A DNA stretch of 38,113 nt. It comes from Nemertoderma westbladi (Eukaryota > Animalia > Xenacoelomorpha). Positions 22,641 to 35,261 of the stretch are shown here, piece by piece. Position 1 is the stretch's first letter, and every line of letters starts with the position of its first letter. The stretch is taken from positions 1 to 38,113 of the forward strand of contig JAUCBJ010008768.1 of the NCBI GenBank assembly GCA_032718475.1. Direction: 5' to 3'. The notes beneath the pieces were generated by a model. It saw only the letters and a program-made list of their open reading frames with translations, was not told the DNA's origin and searched no databases. The position numbers and the translations under genes are program-made.

Positions 22641-25379
22641 TCAGGGCACCTTGTTACCCCTTATTCAGTTGTTATATTGCTTTAAATTGCTCAAAGTCAC
22701 GAACTGATTGTTATTTGCATCCCTCTTGGTGAGTGCAGTAGGTTGAGTAACTGCCCCGGTTCAAACATAGTGGTTCGTGTGTGTCTATATATTGTTTTAT
22801 AGTACCAACCCAGACTGACCCGAAACATATACGTTATACATGAACCAAAATTGTCCTAAATCAGCAGTACAAGTCATTTGTGTATTTCAGATGCGAGTAC
22901 ACATACTATGTCCCTAAAGGACATCTATGACTTTTGCTCAATAACTTTGTAATTAGTGTCAGACATTGATCTGTTTGATGTCTGCAGCATTCCACTTTAA
23001 ACGGAACTTTTGATACAATTTTAGTAAGTTTACATTATTTTCAGGAATTACACAGCGAGAACCAATTCAGCCTATTTTTGAATTAATTCACTGCCATATA
23101 GATCAGACTCCTATTGGTTCATACGCCGCGATAGTCTGGTTTATATTTTGATGGAATTGGTGAAGAATCTGGAATTGTGAAATTCTAAATCTGTAAAATT
23201 ATTGTTTCGAAATTTGTATACTTCACCAAAGCGCGAACACAGTTACCAGTTTTAGCACAAGTCAGTAAGTCAGTAAGTTACCGTAATACAAATACAGAAA
23301 TACCGTTAAACTAAAGCAACTTCTCAAGTTTGAGAGGCCCATCCCCATGTACTGAGATATAGATTGTTATTACAGTGGTATAAGCTACTGTTAGTTCGAG
23401 ACGGGTTTGTTGTTGCTGCCCTGACCAATGGGGCATAGGGGCTGTTGCTTCACTATTGGCTAGTGCCATTTGATTAATCGGCGTATCTTTCCTAATTAAC
23501 CCCTCTCTCACTATCTATTGGTGACGGCGTAATGTTAGTATGCCGTTACCTAAGTAGATTGGTTATTAGCAAGTCGTTAGACTTGATTACTGTAAGAAAA
23601 TTGATGGCAGAAAAAACTAAGCTACTGACTACTGACTACTGACCTAGAGCAAAAATGACTAACGATTTTGATGAAATTTAGCATGAACCACGAAAAAAGA
23701 TTTCTATGGGTACTTGTGAAATCGCGGTTCAAATTAAAACATATCAACTTGTTTTATTTCGAAAAATATCCCCAAAACACGAAAATTGCCATAGGCGCAA
23801 TAATAAAAACACCAGCTGGCACTCATGAAAAATGTATAGAGATGGCCTGGTAATGCATTCAATAGGAAGGGCTAACTAACAAAGAAGTACTTTCTGTGCC
23901 AAACTCTACAACCCAGACAATGTTAATTGGCGCGTGTAAGCTAAATGACTGTTAGTTACACTGTGTGTTGGCTACTATTGATTGCACTGTCCTCTCATCT
24001 AATAATAATTATTTTATTTTGCAATCTTTGTGCCAACATTAATACTGTGGAGGCTGTATGCTTATACGGCTGAATGTTTACTCAGCCTCATAATGATTCT
24101 CCATAAGGCTAACATTATAGTTTGAAATAAAAAATCTGTTATAATAATAATACAATTGTTGTATTTAATTAATATCGTGGTTTACATTGAACAGTGTGTA
24201 AATTGTTAATCGCGGTTTACTTTGAAACATCTCAACTTGTTTTATTTATTACAAAAATAAGAACGGATTAGTCTTATCACTTCTTGTGCGCGATTGTATT
24301 GAATTCATGACAACAGCTGTTATTATTATTAATCAATTGACACCTCGACTCCTCTCTGACTACTCTATCCGATAACTCGTACTGTCTCCTACGACTTGCT
24401 TCACGGGCCGCTAGTAATGCACTGTACCAATAAATATACACGAAGACAATAACTGAACATTTACTTGCGCGGTCATCTGACATCCAATTTGGTTCTCTTG
24501 GCAAGGCTCCCTGGTTGTAAGTTGACCTTTGGGGTCCTTACAAACCGGAGTGCTAATAGATTTCAAATTTTGATGATGATTTGATTGATTTCCCTTTTTT
24601 GTGATGATTTTTTATTATCAAATTTGTGCTACTTGTATTTTTTTTCATGCCGCAATTGACACATATCCAAAATTGCCTTAATGTCAATAATGTACGATAC
24701 AGTTCAGTGTCATATTCGTGATCAGCATCCCAATAAACCTATGTGGTCACAACATTTTTTGATTTTGTGGTGATTTTCCATTATCATATTTGCACTGTTA
24801 CTTGTTTTTTTCGTGCCACAGGGGGCACATTCAAAATTACCAAAAGCTAAAATTACCAACCTCGAATGTTATATTTGTGTTCTATAATCGTGATGAGCAT
24901 CCAATTAAACCGCTATATACTGCAAATAAATTTATTTTAGCGAGCCATAAAAATTGTCACATCAATGGACCACATCACGAAAATTAATATAGCCATGTAA
25001 ATGGAATTTTCGCTGTTGGAAGCCCATTAAATTTTAGCAAAACTCACGAAATTTCTGGTTTCCCAACAAACCTAACTTAAGATACAGATGATTTACAAAA
25101 AAAATATAAAATGACAAAAACAACAAAAAATTAAGTCAATACAGTAGAACAGGTTACAATATTACTTTTATTTTTAGAGTAATCGGCTGTTATTTTGCGT
25201 CAAGCTAGAGTTTGATATAATAAATTTGCATAGTATCATCATTTACCCGATCTACATCGATCCTAATTAGTCTTAAAGCCTAGAGCCTACGTTTTATAAA
25301 TATATTATAAATATATATTTATATAAATATATATATTTATATAGAGAGAATACCATATAAATTTTAATTAATAATAATT

Positions 25380-26199
25380 GATTATTAATCAACACAAAAC
25401 AAAACAAAACAAAATTTACAAATAGAAAACCCACCACCACACAAAATTAATATGTAAAATATATCATCTCAGAACTGGTCTGCTAGCCCCACGCCACGCA
25501 GACCGGCCCCATCTCCGAACCCCAATCCCCGCCACAACCGTCGCCCACCCCGGAGGCAGAAAGAGCTGGACCGGAGGAGTGCGAACTGCAGTCGCCGTCG
25601 AACACCCCCGAGCACGCACGCGAGGCCCCTCTCTCGCATACCATCTCGCCTCGCCACGAGTGTCTCGGCGATATGGCCGATAAGGATCTGGGCCTCGGTG
25701 CTCCAGACACCATTGGTGGTGCCGACCAGAGGGGTGAAGGACATCCTCCGGTCTTCGCAGACGGTCCGGTAGTGCAGCTTCTTGAGCCGACACCGCTGCT
25801 CCAGGATGGACTCAGTCAAGCGGTTGGCCTGGGCGTAAGAGGTGGCGTCAGCGTTTACTACCGCGATATCGAACGACGCCACTCTCTGGTTTGCCCAGAC
25901 CCCCGAGCGACCAAGTCCGCCCGCACTCCCCCTACCTCCCGACCCTCTCTGTCGAGGTATCCCCGGGATAGGGTCACCTCACGTTCTACACTGGACGTCC
26001 CAAACGCCGACGCCAGCAGGTCCCCAAAAACGTCACGCACCTCGTCGTGACGTTTCACAATGAGGCCGCCGGACTTGCAGCTGAGTGCATGGGAGGTTGA
26101 GAACGGCCCCCCACAGCCCTCGCACTTGGACGGGAGTCCTGGCGGGACGAGGCCGTACCGGAGGTTCAGGCTGTCCCGGTACTCCTCCGCACTGAGGTT
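25380..26199 (-). mobile_element. 5'-truncated CRE/SLACS-clade non-LTR retrotransposon (zinc knuckle plus restriction-like endonuclease)
   Basis: LSAEEYRDSLNLRYG..LPSKCEGCG.PFSTSHALSCKSGG..KRHDEVRD..RADLVARG.W..QRVASFD..EQR..K..HY..C..FTPLV. One frameshift lies in a G-run near 25900-25904; the stop is at 25469. GC-rich, and flanked on both sides by TA-rich tracts. Confidence 0.88.
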
Positions 26200-26874
26200 A
26201 GCTTAATATATTTATATATAAATAAATATTTATTATAAATATATTTATAAATAGTTTGAATATTTAGTAGTAGTAATTAAAGGAATTATGGGAAATGCCA
26301 AGCCTAACAAACAAAAGTGTCACAAAGCATCGCAATGCCCTGCCTTTCTTCTTCAATTTGATTTATTGTATGATTAAATTTATTTTCGTGAGCTCAAGTA
26401 ATTTAACTTTTAAATAATGGTATTTAACGCTAAAGCAATAATGAAATTCAAAAAGTATGACTTCTTTATCTGCTGATCGAGGTATTCTGGAATGTAGTGA
26501 GCAAGCCTTGTATTACGATGGCCTTGCTTATGGAATTGGTTTCCGGAGCGGGATTCACCAACTGTTGATATTTTCATGAATAGGATATTAAATACAGACC
26601 TGTTAACATGTTGGAGTTTTAATAGATATATCAAACTAAACTTTAATTTACTAATTAACTAACTATTACTTAATAAATAGGCCTACTTATTATATTTTAA
26701 GTGCTTTTATGTTTTGATTAATCATTTATGGATTAACTTTTACTTTCGGTTTATTTTATTTGTAATTTAGCTTAATTACTATAACGAATATGGACATATC
26801 GAATATCGAATAGGGACCTCGTGTAAGCGCACAGCTTCGGTCAGGTCTTCCCTCTATATTTATTGTGTGTTAAG

Positions 26875-27080
26875 TATATCCGTATTTTTGTATATCCGTA
26901 TTTTTGTATATCCGTATTTTTGTATATCCGTATTTTTGTATATCCGTATTTTTGTATATCCGTATTTTTGTATATCCGTATTTTTGTATATCCGTATTTT
27001 TGTATATCCGTATTTTTGTATATCCGTATTTTTGTATATCCGTATTTTTGTATATCCGTATTTTTGTATATCCATATTTT
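26875..27080. repeat. 16-bp minisatellite, ~12.5 near-identical units
   Basis: Unit TATATCCGTATTTTTG. Confidence 0.95.
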
Positions 27081-28329
27081 ACTTTACTTTTGGGAAAAAC
27101 TTTAATAAAATACTCTCTACACCAACCATACGTGTGTCTATAAAGAAATATGTATGTATATTATAATATAGTTTAACAACGAGATTGCCACTATTAAAAT
27201 GGGAAGCAGTCAACAATTTAATTACTTAATCAAAATACAAGAACTCAAGACAAGACAAGTCACTACAAGAACAAAATGTAGCCACGGACGAAACTATATG
27301 AACAAAATGTCGACACGGGCGGAACTTCAACCTTTTATAGACTTTTATAGACAGTTACCATGTTATTTTAAACTTTCTAGAACACTTGTTAGCAGATACA
27401 GGAGTACAATTATTGGCGGGCGATATTAATCAATCTATTAAATTGAACAGTAGGCCTAAATAACCGGTGTTTAAATAGTAAAAAATGTGTAGCCAAGATT
27501 GATAAAAGACAAATACCCTTGAAATTAAAATCATACTTATTTACGAAAAAATGTTATTATAGCTGCATATAATTTAAAAAACCGGCACTGTTCGATAATG
27601 GTCACCCAATTTTGAAATTTTACTAAATGTCTTAAATACAATATTATCTTTTGTTCTAGAACTAATATTTGACCTTCTGACAGTAGGATGGTAGCTAGTA
27701 ATTTTGATTTTGTTTTAGCTACCGGCAGTATTTTTTATTAGCTAGTGAAAACAATTAAAATTTAAGATTTTTTTTTTTAAATAGTCCAATTTTTTCTAAT
27801 GAAAATGACTTTAATCATCATTTTTTGTTCTAGAACTAATATTTTACATTCTGACAATAAGATGGTAGCTAATAATTTTGATTTTGTGTTAGATAGAAAC
27901 ATGTATTGTGTCAAAAATAAGTCCCAGAACAAACATCGGTATTAGTATGGTATGTATAAGCAAAAATTGAAAATTTTAATATGACATTTATAGTATATTT
28001 AGGCCTATATTCTGGTCTCATATTTTGTTTATTGTTAATAGCTACTATGTGTATGTACTACTTAATCATTTTTATTAGCTAGTGTACTAATTTAATAGCT
28101 AATTTATCTACAGTAGGATATTCAATTATTAGCTAGTTACATTGCGTTTTTTCATTAGTTTGGTAGTTTATTTAGTTTATTTGATTTTCTATTTGGTGTC
28201 TTTGATGACATTTACAGTTACATGTCAAAGAAGATTGTGTCAGAGTTTATTTAATACCGGTAATTGTTTTAGCATTGTAACCACAATTGTCTCGGGCACT
28301 ACTACAGTATGTGTACCCATGACCATATT

Positions 28330-29075
28330 TTTTTACTATAGCTAGTTTTTGCTACTTTTTTTCTTAGAACTATTATATTTCATGTTAGCTATTGTTAGGT
28401 GAAAAAATTATGTTATAGAACAAATATTTTTTGTTCCAGAGTATTTTTATATAAAAAAAAAATTTATTAAAAATTAACTATTATGTGTAATAAATTGTTT
28501 ATTTGTCTATAAACATTAAAAAATACATATTATCAGGCTAGCTAGTGATTTTCCAAATTAGTTAATATTTTAAAAAAAATTGAAACTAAAATTTATGAAA
28601 AATTTGTAATTACGTGTGATAGGCCTAAATAGTTTATTTATCTATAAACATTTAAAATAAAAAAATAAAAAATAATCAGGCTAGCTAGTGATTTTCCAAG
28701 TTAGCTTATTATTAAAAAAATATTTTTTTTTTCAAAATTATAATTTTCATTTATACTATTCTTTGGATATCTCAATAATATTTGGATCTTTAGAGTACTT
28801 TTTGTTTTGGTGACATGGCATTTTATTTAATGAAAACAGTTAAAGTGAACCTACTACTGTAAACATTATAAAACATTCTAGAATAATATTTTGAAGTATT
28901 TAAAGGCAACAGATTAACATTTTAAGGTGTATTATTAGGAATTATAAATTTTTAAAAAAATGTTCTAGAACAAAAAATATTTGTTCTAGAACATATTTTT
29001 TAAACAAAAACTATAGCTAATATGACATAGAACATTCAAAAAAAGAAAAGTAGCAAAAACTAGCTACTACATAAA
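28330..29075. repeat. Foldback element of the GTTCTAGAAC family with internal direct repeats
   Basis: 28330-28450 is inverted relative to 28950-29075. Direct repeats of ~90 bp lie at ~28492 and ~28628. Confidence 0.6.
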
Positions 29076-29135
29076 AATCCCGATTGTCAAGGCTTTTACG
29101 GGAGGCTAACCCACGTTCGCCACTACGAGTCTGTC

Positions 29136-29690
29136 TGTAACTCTTACGAGTGTTATCAAGTGCCTTGGGGTACCTGCCGCATAGCAGGAACACTCACGAA
29201 AGTTTGTTTATATAATATATATATTATCAAATATATATATATCTAATCTGAATGTACAGTCAATCACTGTAAGTATATAGTTTCGGCGCTTATAAACTGC
29301 TTCAAGGGAGTAAAGTGACAGTTACGTGTAAACCGTTCCGTTATATTGTGTTGTTGGCGAGTAAATGTACGTGTGACTTATATATATTACAGGTAGGACA
29401 CTGTGTTGGACTTAGTGCGTGGTAAGCGCACAGTTCACTCGTGCTGCATACATTGTGTTAGTAGATTGTAGTTACTACTGTAGTTGGGGAATAATATTGC
29501 AGTACTATGGACGCACACACACGCACTAAAATTAACCGAATCTATTACAGACAGGGTGCAGTCAGCACTAACCGTTTGGAAATCGAGTTGGTTTGATCTC
29601 TGGTCTTGTATATTCATCAACAATAGTAAAGCAATAATAGTAAATAAGGTAATACACCAAAGTGAAATATCACGAGTCCTGCAAGTTACA
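29136..29690. mobile_element. Candidate solo LTR (555 bp)
   Basis: TGTAAC...GTTACA termini; flanks TGTC / TGAC (4-bp TSD with one mismatch). Confidence 0.35.
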
Positions 29691-29849
29691 TGACTCGTAA
29701 CAGGCTTAATATGATGTTAGGTTATGCCTGAGAGTAATGGGATGAACATCGACTATATAAACAAGCAATACTGCAAAAATAGGACAGCCAATAGGACGCA
29801 AGAATACCTGTACCGGTAGTTACCAATGAGAGTTCAGCACTACCACAAC

Positions 29850-30050
29850 TGCTGCTAGGCAACATATAAACAAGGTTCACGGTGGTATATAACATGAGTT
29901 AGGCATAAATATCATACGCACAGAAATTGAATGATTCTCTGATAAAAATATAAGATTTCGATATGCAGTTAGCGTGTGCAGCAAAACCGATCATGGGTAC
30001 ACATACTGTAGTAGAGCCATTGTCTCGTTTACAGGTAGATTTATTTGAGG
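29850..30050 (+). pseudogene. Remnant of a Ginger2/KRBA2-SCAND3-like integrase N-terminus
   Basis: QHINKVHGG..NIIRTEIE (HxxxxHGG zinc-finger-like) followed by KPIM....EPLSRLQVDL. Confidence 0.4.
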
Positions 30051-30325
30051 GTAACAGACCACAAGACTGTGCAAATTCGATCGCACGCTCCTGTTATTAA
30101 ATTTTCAGATAGATCTAAAAGGTTTAAATTATTATAATGTTTATCAAATACGTGGGGATTGTTTCTACCCCATATCTAAAGCCAATATGGAACAAAACTA
30201 CCTAAAACAATCTGAAAACAACTCAAAAGTGTTCTAGAATAATATTATTTATTTCAAATAATGTGGTATAAATACTCGAATATATTTATGGGGTCGCAGT
30301 ACTGCCCTTGGTTGCATTGGGTTGC

Positions 30326-30750
30326 ATTTTTGGATTTTTTAACTGTATTTTTATACTAGCTAGTGTTTTCACTTTTTGCAGTTTTAAATATTCTCGAACA
30401 TGTCAGTTATTGATTAAAATAAAAATTCATGTTCTAAAACAAACTAGAATAATTTTTATACAAGCTAGTTTTTGGAACAAATTTTTGTCTTATATTTTTG
30501 GATTTTTAACTGTACATTTATACTAGCTAGTGTTTTCACTTTTTGTAGTTTCAAATGTTCTAGAACATGTCAGTTATTGATTAAAATAAGAATTTATGTT
30601 CTAGAACAAATATTTTTTGTTCTAGAACAATTTTCATACAAGCTATTTTTTGGAACAAATTTTTGTTTTTTATTTTTAGATTTTTAACTGAATTTGTATA
30701 CTAGATAGTGTTTTTACATTTTGTTGTTTTCAATGTTCTAGAACATAATG
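30326..30750. repeat. ~170-bp AT-rich tandem repeat, ~2.5 units (GTTCTAGAAC family)
   Basis: TTTTTGGATTTTTAACTG...TACTAGCTAGTGTTTT recurs at ~30327, ~30495 and ~30673. Confidence 0.75.
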
Positions 30751-30959
30751 TATGTCTAGAACACAAAATATAATGTTTTTCTATGGTAGCTAGCATATTT
30801 AATCTAGCTAGTGTTTTAAAAAATGTACTACCTAGGCCTATATTTAAGCAGTTTATGACATATTAATGTTCTAAAACATCCCGCTGCAAAAAAATTATTA
30901 TTTTTTTTTTATTCCTCTATACACCTCCAACGAGGTAAAATAACGATATTATCACATAT

Positions 30960-33670
30960 AATTATAGCATAATACATATAGTCGCATAGTTACATACAAT
31001 CACATATAGTTAAATAATATGTTAATACAGCAAATAAGCACAGGGAATAGGAGCACAAATAGTATTTAGTTCGACATAAGTTATGTAATTGCAAGTATGG
31101 GTATTGGTGGGCATGCGGCACATTGTAGTACATGATATCGCTGTGGGCAAGGTAGTAAACAGTAGCTGCAGTAGCAGAGTGGTGAAAGTGTGTGGAAAGG
31201 CTTTTCGTTTGTACAGAGTTTATGGTAAAAACCGTGGTCGGTCGTCCTGACAATGATGTGTCGGTTTGTCTGTTTGGCCAGTTTCCATGTAGATGTAGTA
31301 AATGACGGTCCCATTTCGTAGAGTTCAGAAAGAAAATTATTTTCTCGGTCCTGTCTAAATTCATGGTATTTTTCAATTACACCAGTGTCAAAAATGGTTG
31401 GATATTTTAGTAAAATGTCAGCAATGAATGTTTTCTCCCTGAGTAGGTGCAGCGCCAACGTCGATGAAGCTGATATATATAGACATATATAGATATACAG
31501 CATTCTCTTTATGTGTGTTGTTTTAATTCGGTCTATTTCCTTTAGGTGTGAGAGCTTAAGAAAACGAGCGAATATGGGAAAGGCATATAGGGCAATGGGT
31601 GCAATTTTCATGTGAAATATTCTTAGACCTGTTTCAATGGAAACGAGCTGCAAGTTTGTTATTGATGCAATAATCCTATAGCACTTTTTCTTTTTCGATT
31701 TTATGTGTTCACTGAAGCTGAGTGAAGTTTGTACTGTTACCCCCAGATATTCATACTGGTTGCAGATTGGTACGGTTTGACCCCCGTAAGTAAAGTTATC
31801 AGTACAAGCTAGGTGGCCTCCTTTGCGAAATTTAATTATCTTTGTCTTGTCCATATTAACTTCCATATTATTGTTTATACACCAGGTGTGAGTTATTTCA
31901 AACAAGTCATTTCCTATCCTCTAGGTTAGCTGATTGTAAGGCTGTGGCTATGAATGTAAGTAAGATTTGTATGGCGTGGGAACAAGATCTGCTAGGTCTG
32001 AATCCGAACTGCTCGTCAGGAAAAAGTTGTGAAACAAACAAACGTGCACGAGTATTCATTATGGAAGTAAACGTTTTTAACAGAACTGAAATCCCCCTAA
32101 TAGATATTGGGGTTGTTTATTGCTCCCTTCCCTTTGTAAAGAATCATAATGAGGCTTTCTTTCCAAATAAGCGGTATCCGTCCTAAGTTGAGACACGCGT
32201 TGTATAAAGTCACCAGTATCGTTAGGATAAACGGAATTATTAATTTAAGATGCTCGTAGTAAATCCCGTCTAAACCATTGGATTTCCCATTTGCGGAATT
32301 GTTAATGCTGGCTGTAATTTCATCTTCTGTTATAGGCGAGTTAAACCATTGTTCATCTTGTCGTTCCTCAACAGAGGTTGAAGGAATGGTTGGCGGGTTT
32401 GGGGGGTCAATGGCGGCTCCGACTAAGTTTTGAAAGTGAACCGGGAGTGTGGCTGAGTCAATGGGCGCGACTGTCCGTTTATGCTTCTTGAAAATTAGCC
32501 ATGGCTTGGTCTCAGAACGATCTATCAGAGCCAGTAGCATTTCCTCGCTGTGTGCCTCGCGTTTTCCTTTTATTAACGATTTATATTGTTTGCGAGTATC
32601 CCAGTTGTAGTACTGCTTGTGGAGATCAGAGTTATTTCTAGAACGCATTGCAGAAACCAGTTGGCCTTTACGAGTCCTGCACTCTTGGTCGAACCAAGGT
32701 TTGCCAGAGCGAGAAGGTTTTTTAGCAGGTGTTGAGTCGGTTATTGTCTGAGTTAGTATGTCGGTTGCCCCATTGATATCTGAGCGGTTTAGTTGTTCCT
32801 GTACTGTATGTAGGTTTGGGTGAGTCCGAAACCTTTCTATATCAATTTTCCGAGATAATTGTGGTCTCTCAACAACAGTGCGTGGGTGGGGGAAGTGTAT
32901 ATTAGAGAGTTCTAAAACTGCAGAGACAGCCTGGTGCTTTCGTACTGGATTATTTACAACAGTTGCTTCGGGAAGTATCTGTGGGACTATGCCTGGGTAT
33001 TTAATAAAAATAAGGTCAATAGTGCTTTCCCCCTGGGGAGAAATGTATGTAGAAACATCCGGATTGTTTAAACAAAGGAAACCTGACATTGTGCAGTTCG
33101 TCGGATAGCTCCGTACCGCGAGTGCCGGAGTCCAACCGGCAGTTAAAATCCCCTGAGATAATATTGAAAGGCTGGGGTCCGTGTGAGAGAGGGTGTCATA
33201 TATTGTTAGAATAATTTCCTCCAGAGGGATGTCAGGCGGTAAATAGAGAACGATAAAATATGCGATTAATGTTTTGATAATGATGTATGTAGCAGCCTGC
33301 TTGATGCTGGAAGGATTTAAATGCGATTTGCATAAAACCATAAGACCCCCCGATGGACGTCCCCTAGTTGGTTTGACAGCTGCCTCTGAGAAGCAGTAGT
33401 AATTGGTGGCGTAATGTGAGACATCAGTGTATAGAGTTTCAGTCAGGAGCACTACATCTGCGTTGCTATAAAGTTCAGAGTCGGTCAGAGTGTCTGCTAA
33501 ATATCGAAGTCCCTCCACATTCCATAATCGAACACATACCTTTGTGCTCCGATCCTAGTCCCTGTTGCTAATCTCCGTATTCCTCTGTGTATTTCCTCCA
33601 TCCGTGTTACCGGAACTCTCGCGTTGTTGAAGACGCAACTCCTGTTGGTCTTGTTCACTGAGTCGATAGT
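30960..33670 (-). mobile_element. LINE (APE endonuclease + RT + C-terminal Cys/His domain) with the end of ORF1; defective
   Basis: WNVEGL, LLTET, GRPSGGL, YLPP, out-of-frame GDFN, STIDL, KPWFDQEC, GLDGIYYEHLK, LYKGKG..NP, EQFGFR, then a jump to WC..N.MEVNMDKTK..FRKGG, YEYLGV and HGFYHKLC..CYCSYC..HVLQC. The RT catalytic core is absent. Confidence 0.93.
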
Positions 33671-33733
33671 TGCGGATAGTGATAGTCCTCAATATTTATT
33701 ATATATTGTACACAAAATTATTATTTATGATAG

Positions 33734-34113
33734 CTAGTGGGGAGGAGTACGGAACTAGTGGGGAGGAGTACGGAACTAGTGGAGAGGAGTACGGAACTAG
33801 TGGGGAGGAGTACGGAACTAGTGGGGAGGAGTACGGAACTAGTGGGGAGGAGTACGGCACTAGTGGGGAGGAGTACGGAACTAGTGGGGAGGAGTACGGA
33901 ACTAGTGGGGAGGAGTACGGAACTAGTGGGGAGGAGTACGGAACTAGTGGGGAGGAGTACGGAACTAGTGGGGAGGAGTACGGAACTAGTGGATAGGAGT
34001 ACGGAACTAGTGGGGAGGAGTACGGAACTAGTGGGGAGGATAACAGAACTAGTGGGGAGGAGTACGGAACTAGTGGGGAGGAGTACGGAACTAGTAGGGA
34101 GGAGTACGTAACT
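33734..34113. repeat. 21-bp G-rich minisatellite, ~18 units
   Basis: Unit CTAGTGGGGAGGAGTACGGAA. Confidence 0.95.
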
Positions 34114-34234
34114 ATTTTTAGATACTATTTTTTTTAAATGTAGCTAGCAGATATAGCTAATATTCTAAAAAAATATTTTCAGTGTTGCTTAAACATTAAC
34201 ATCAATAACATAATACCAAAAAATAAAAATTAAA

Positions 34235-35261
34235 ACAAAATGTAGCCACGGGCGGAACTATAAGAACAAAATGTAGCCACGGGCGGAACTATAAGTACAA
34301 AATGTAGCCACGCGCGGAACTATAAAAACAAACAAAATGTAGCCACGGGTCGAACTATATGAACAAAATGTAGCCACGGGCGGAACTATAAGAACAAAAT
34401 GTAGCCACGGGCGGAACTATAAGTACAAAATGTAGCCACGCGCGGAACTATAAAAACAAACAAAATGTAGCCACGGGCGGAACTATAAAAACAAACAAAA
34501 TGTAGCCACGGGTCGAACTATATGAACAAAATGTAGCCACGGGCGGAACTATAAGAACAAAATGTAGCCACGGGCGGAACTATAAGTACAAAATGTAGCC
34601 ACGCGCGGAACTATAAAAACAAACAAAATGTAGCCACGCGCGGAACTATAAAAACAAACAAAATGTAGCCACGGGTCGAACTATATGAACAAAATGTAGC
34701 CACGGGCGGAACTATAAGAACAAAATGTAGCCACGGGCGGAACTATAAGTACAAAATGTAGCCACGCGCGGAACTATAAAAACAAACAAAATGTAGCCAC
34801 GGGTCGAACTATATGAACAAAATGTAGCCACGGGCGGAACTATAAGAACAAAATGTAGCCACGGGCGGAACTATAAGTACAAAATGTAGCCACGCGCGGA
34901 ACTATAAAAACAAACAAAATGTAGCCACGGGCGGAACTATAAGTACAAAATGTAGCCACGCGCGGAACTATAAAAACAAACAAAATGTAGCCACGGGTCG
35001 TACTATATGAACAAAATGTAGCCACGGGCGGAACTATAAGAACAAAATGTAGCCACGGGCGGAACTATAAGTACAAAATGTAGCCACGCGCGGAACTATA
35101 AAAACAAACAAAATGTAGCCACGGGCGGAACTATAAGTACAAAATGTAGCCACGCGCGGAACTATAAAAACAAACAAAATGTAGCCACGGGTCGAACTAT
35201 AAGAACAAAATGTAGCCACGGGCTGAACTATAAGTACAAAATGTAGCCATGGGCGGAACTC
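34235..35261. repeat. 31/35-bp minisatellite, ~32 units, with a 128-bp higher-order repeat
   Basis: Unit ACAAAATGTAGCCACGGGCGGAACTATAAG(A/T). Four variants (31+31+35+31 bp) recur in order. A degenerate two-unit copy is at ~27265-27326. Confidence 0.95.

Noticed and set aside
26410-26860. Possible CR1/L2 3' end and stem-loop
   Set aside because: The similarity is too weak to support without a search.
33670-34111. SGEEYGT / STELVGR repeat ORFs (also ORFs at 8090-8335, 26860-27166 and 34840-35264)
   Set aside because: Translations of tandem repeats with no other coding evidence.
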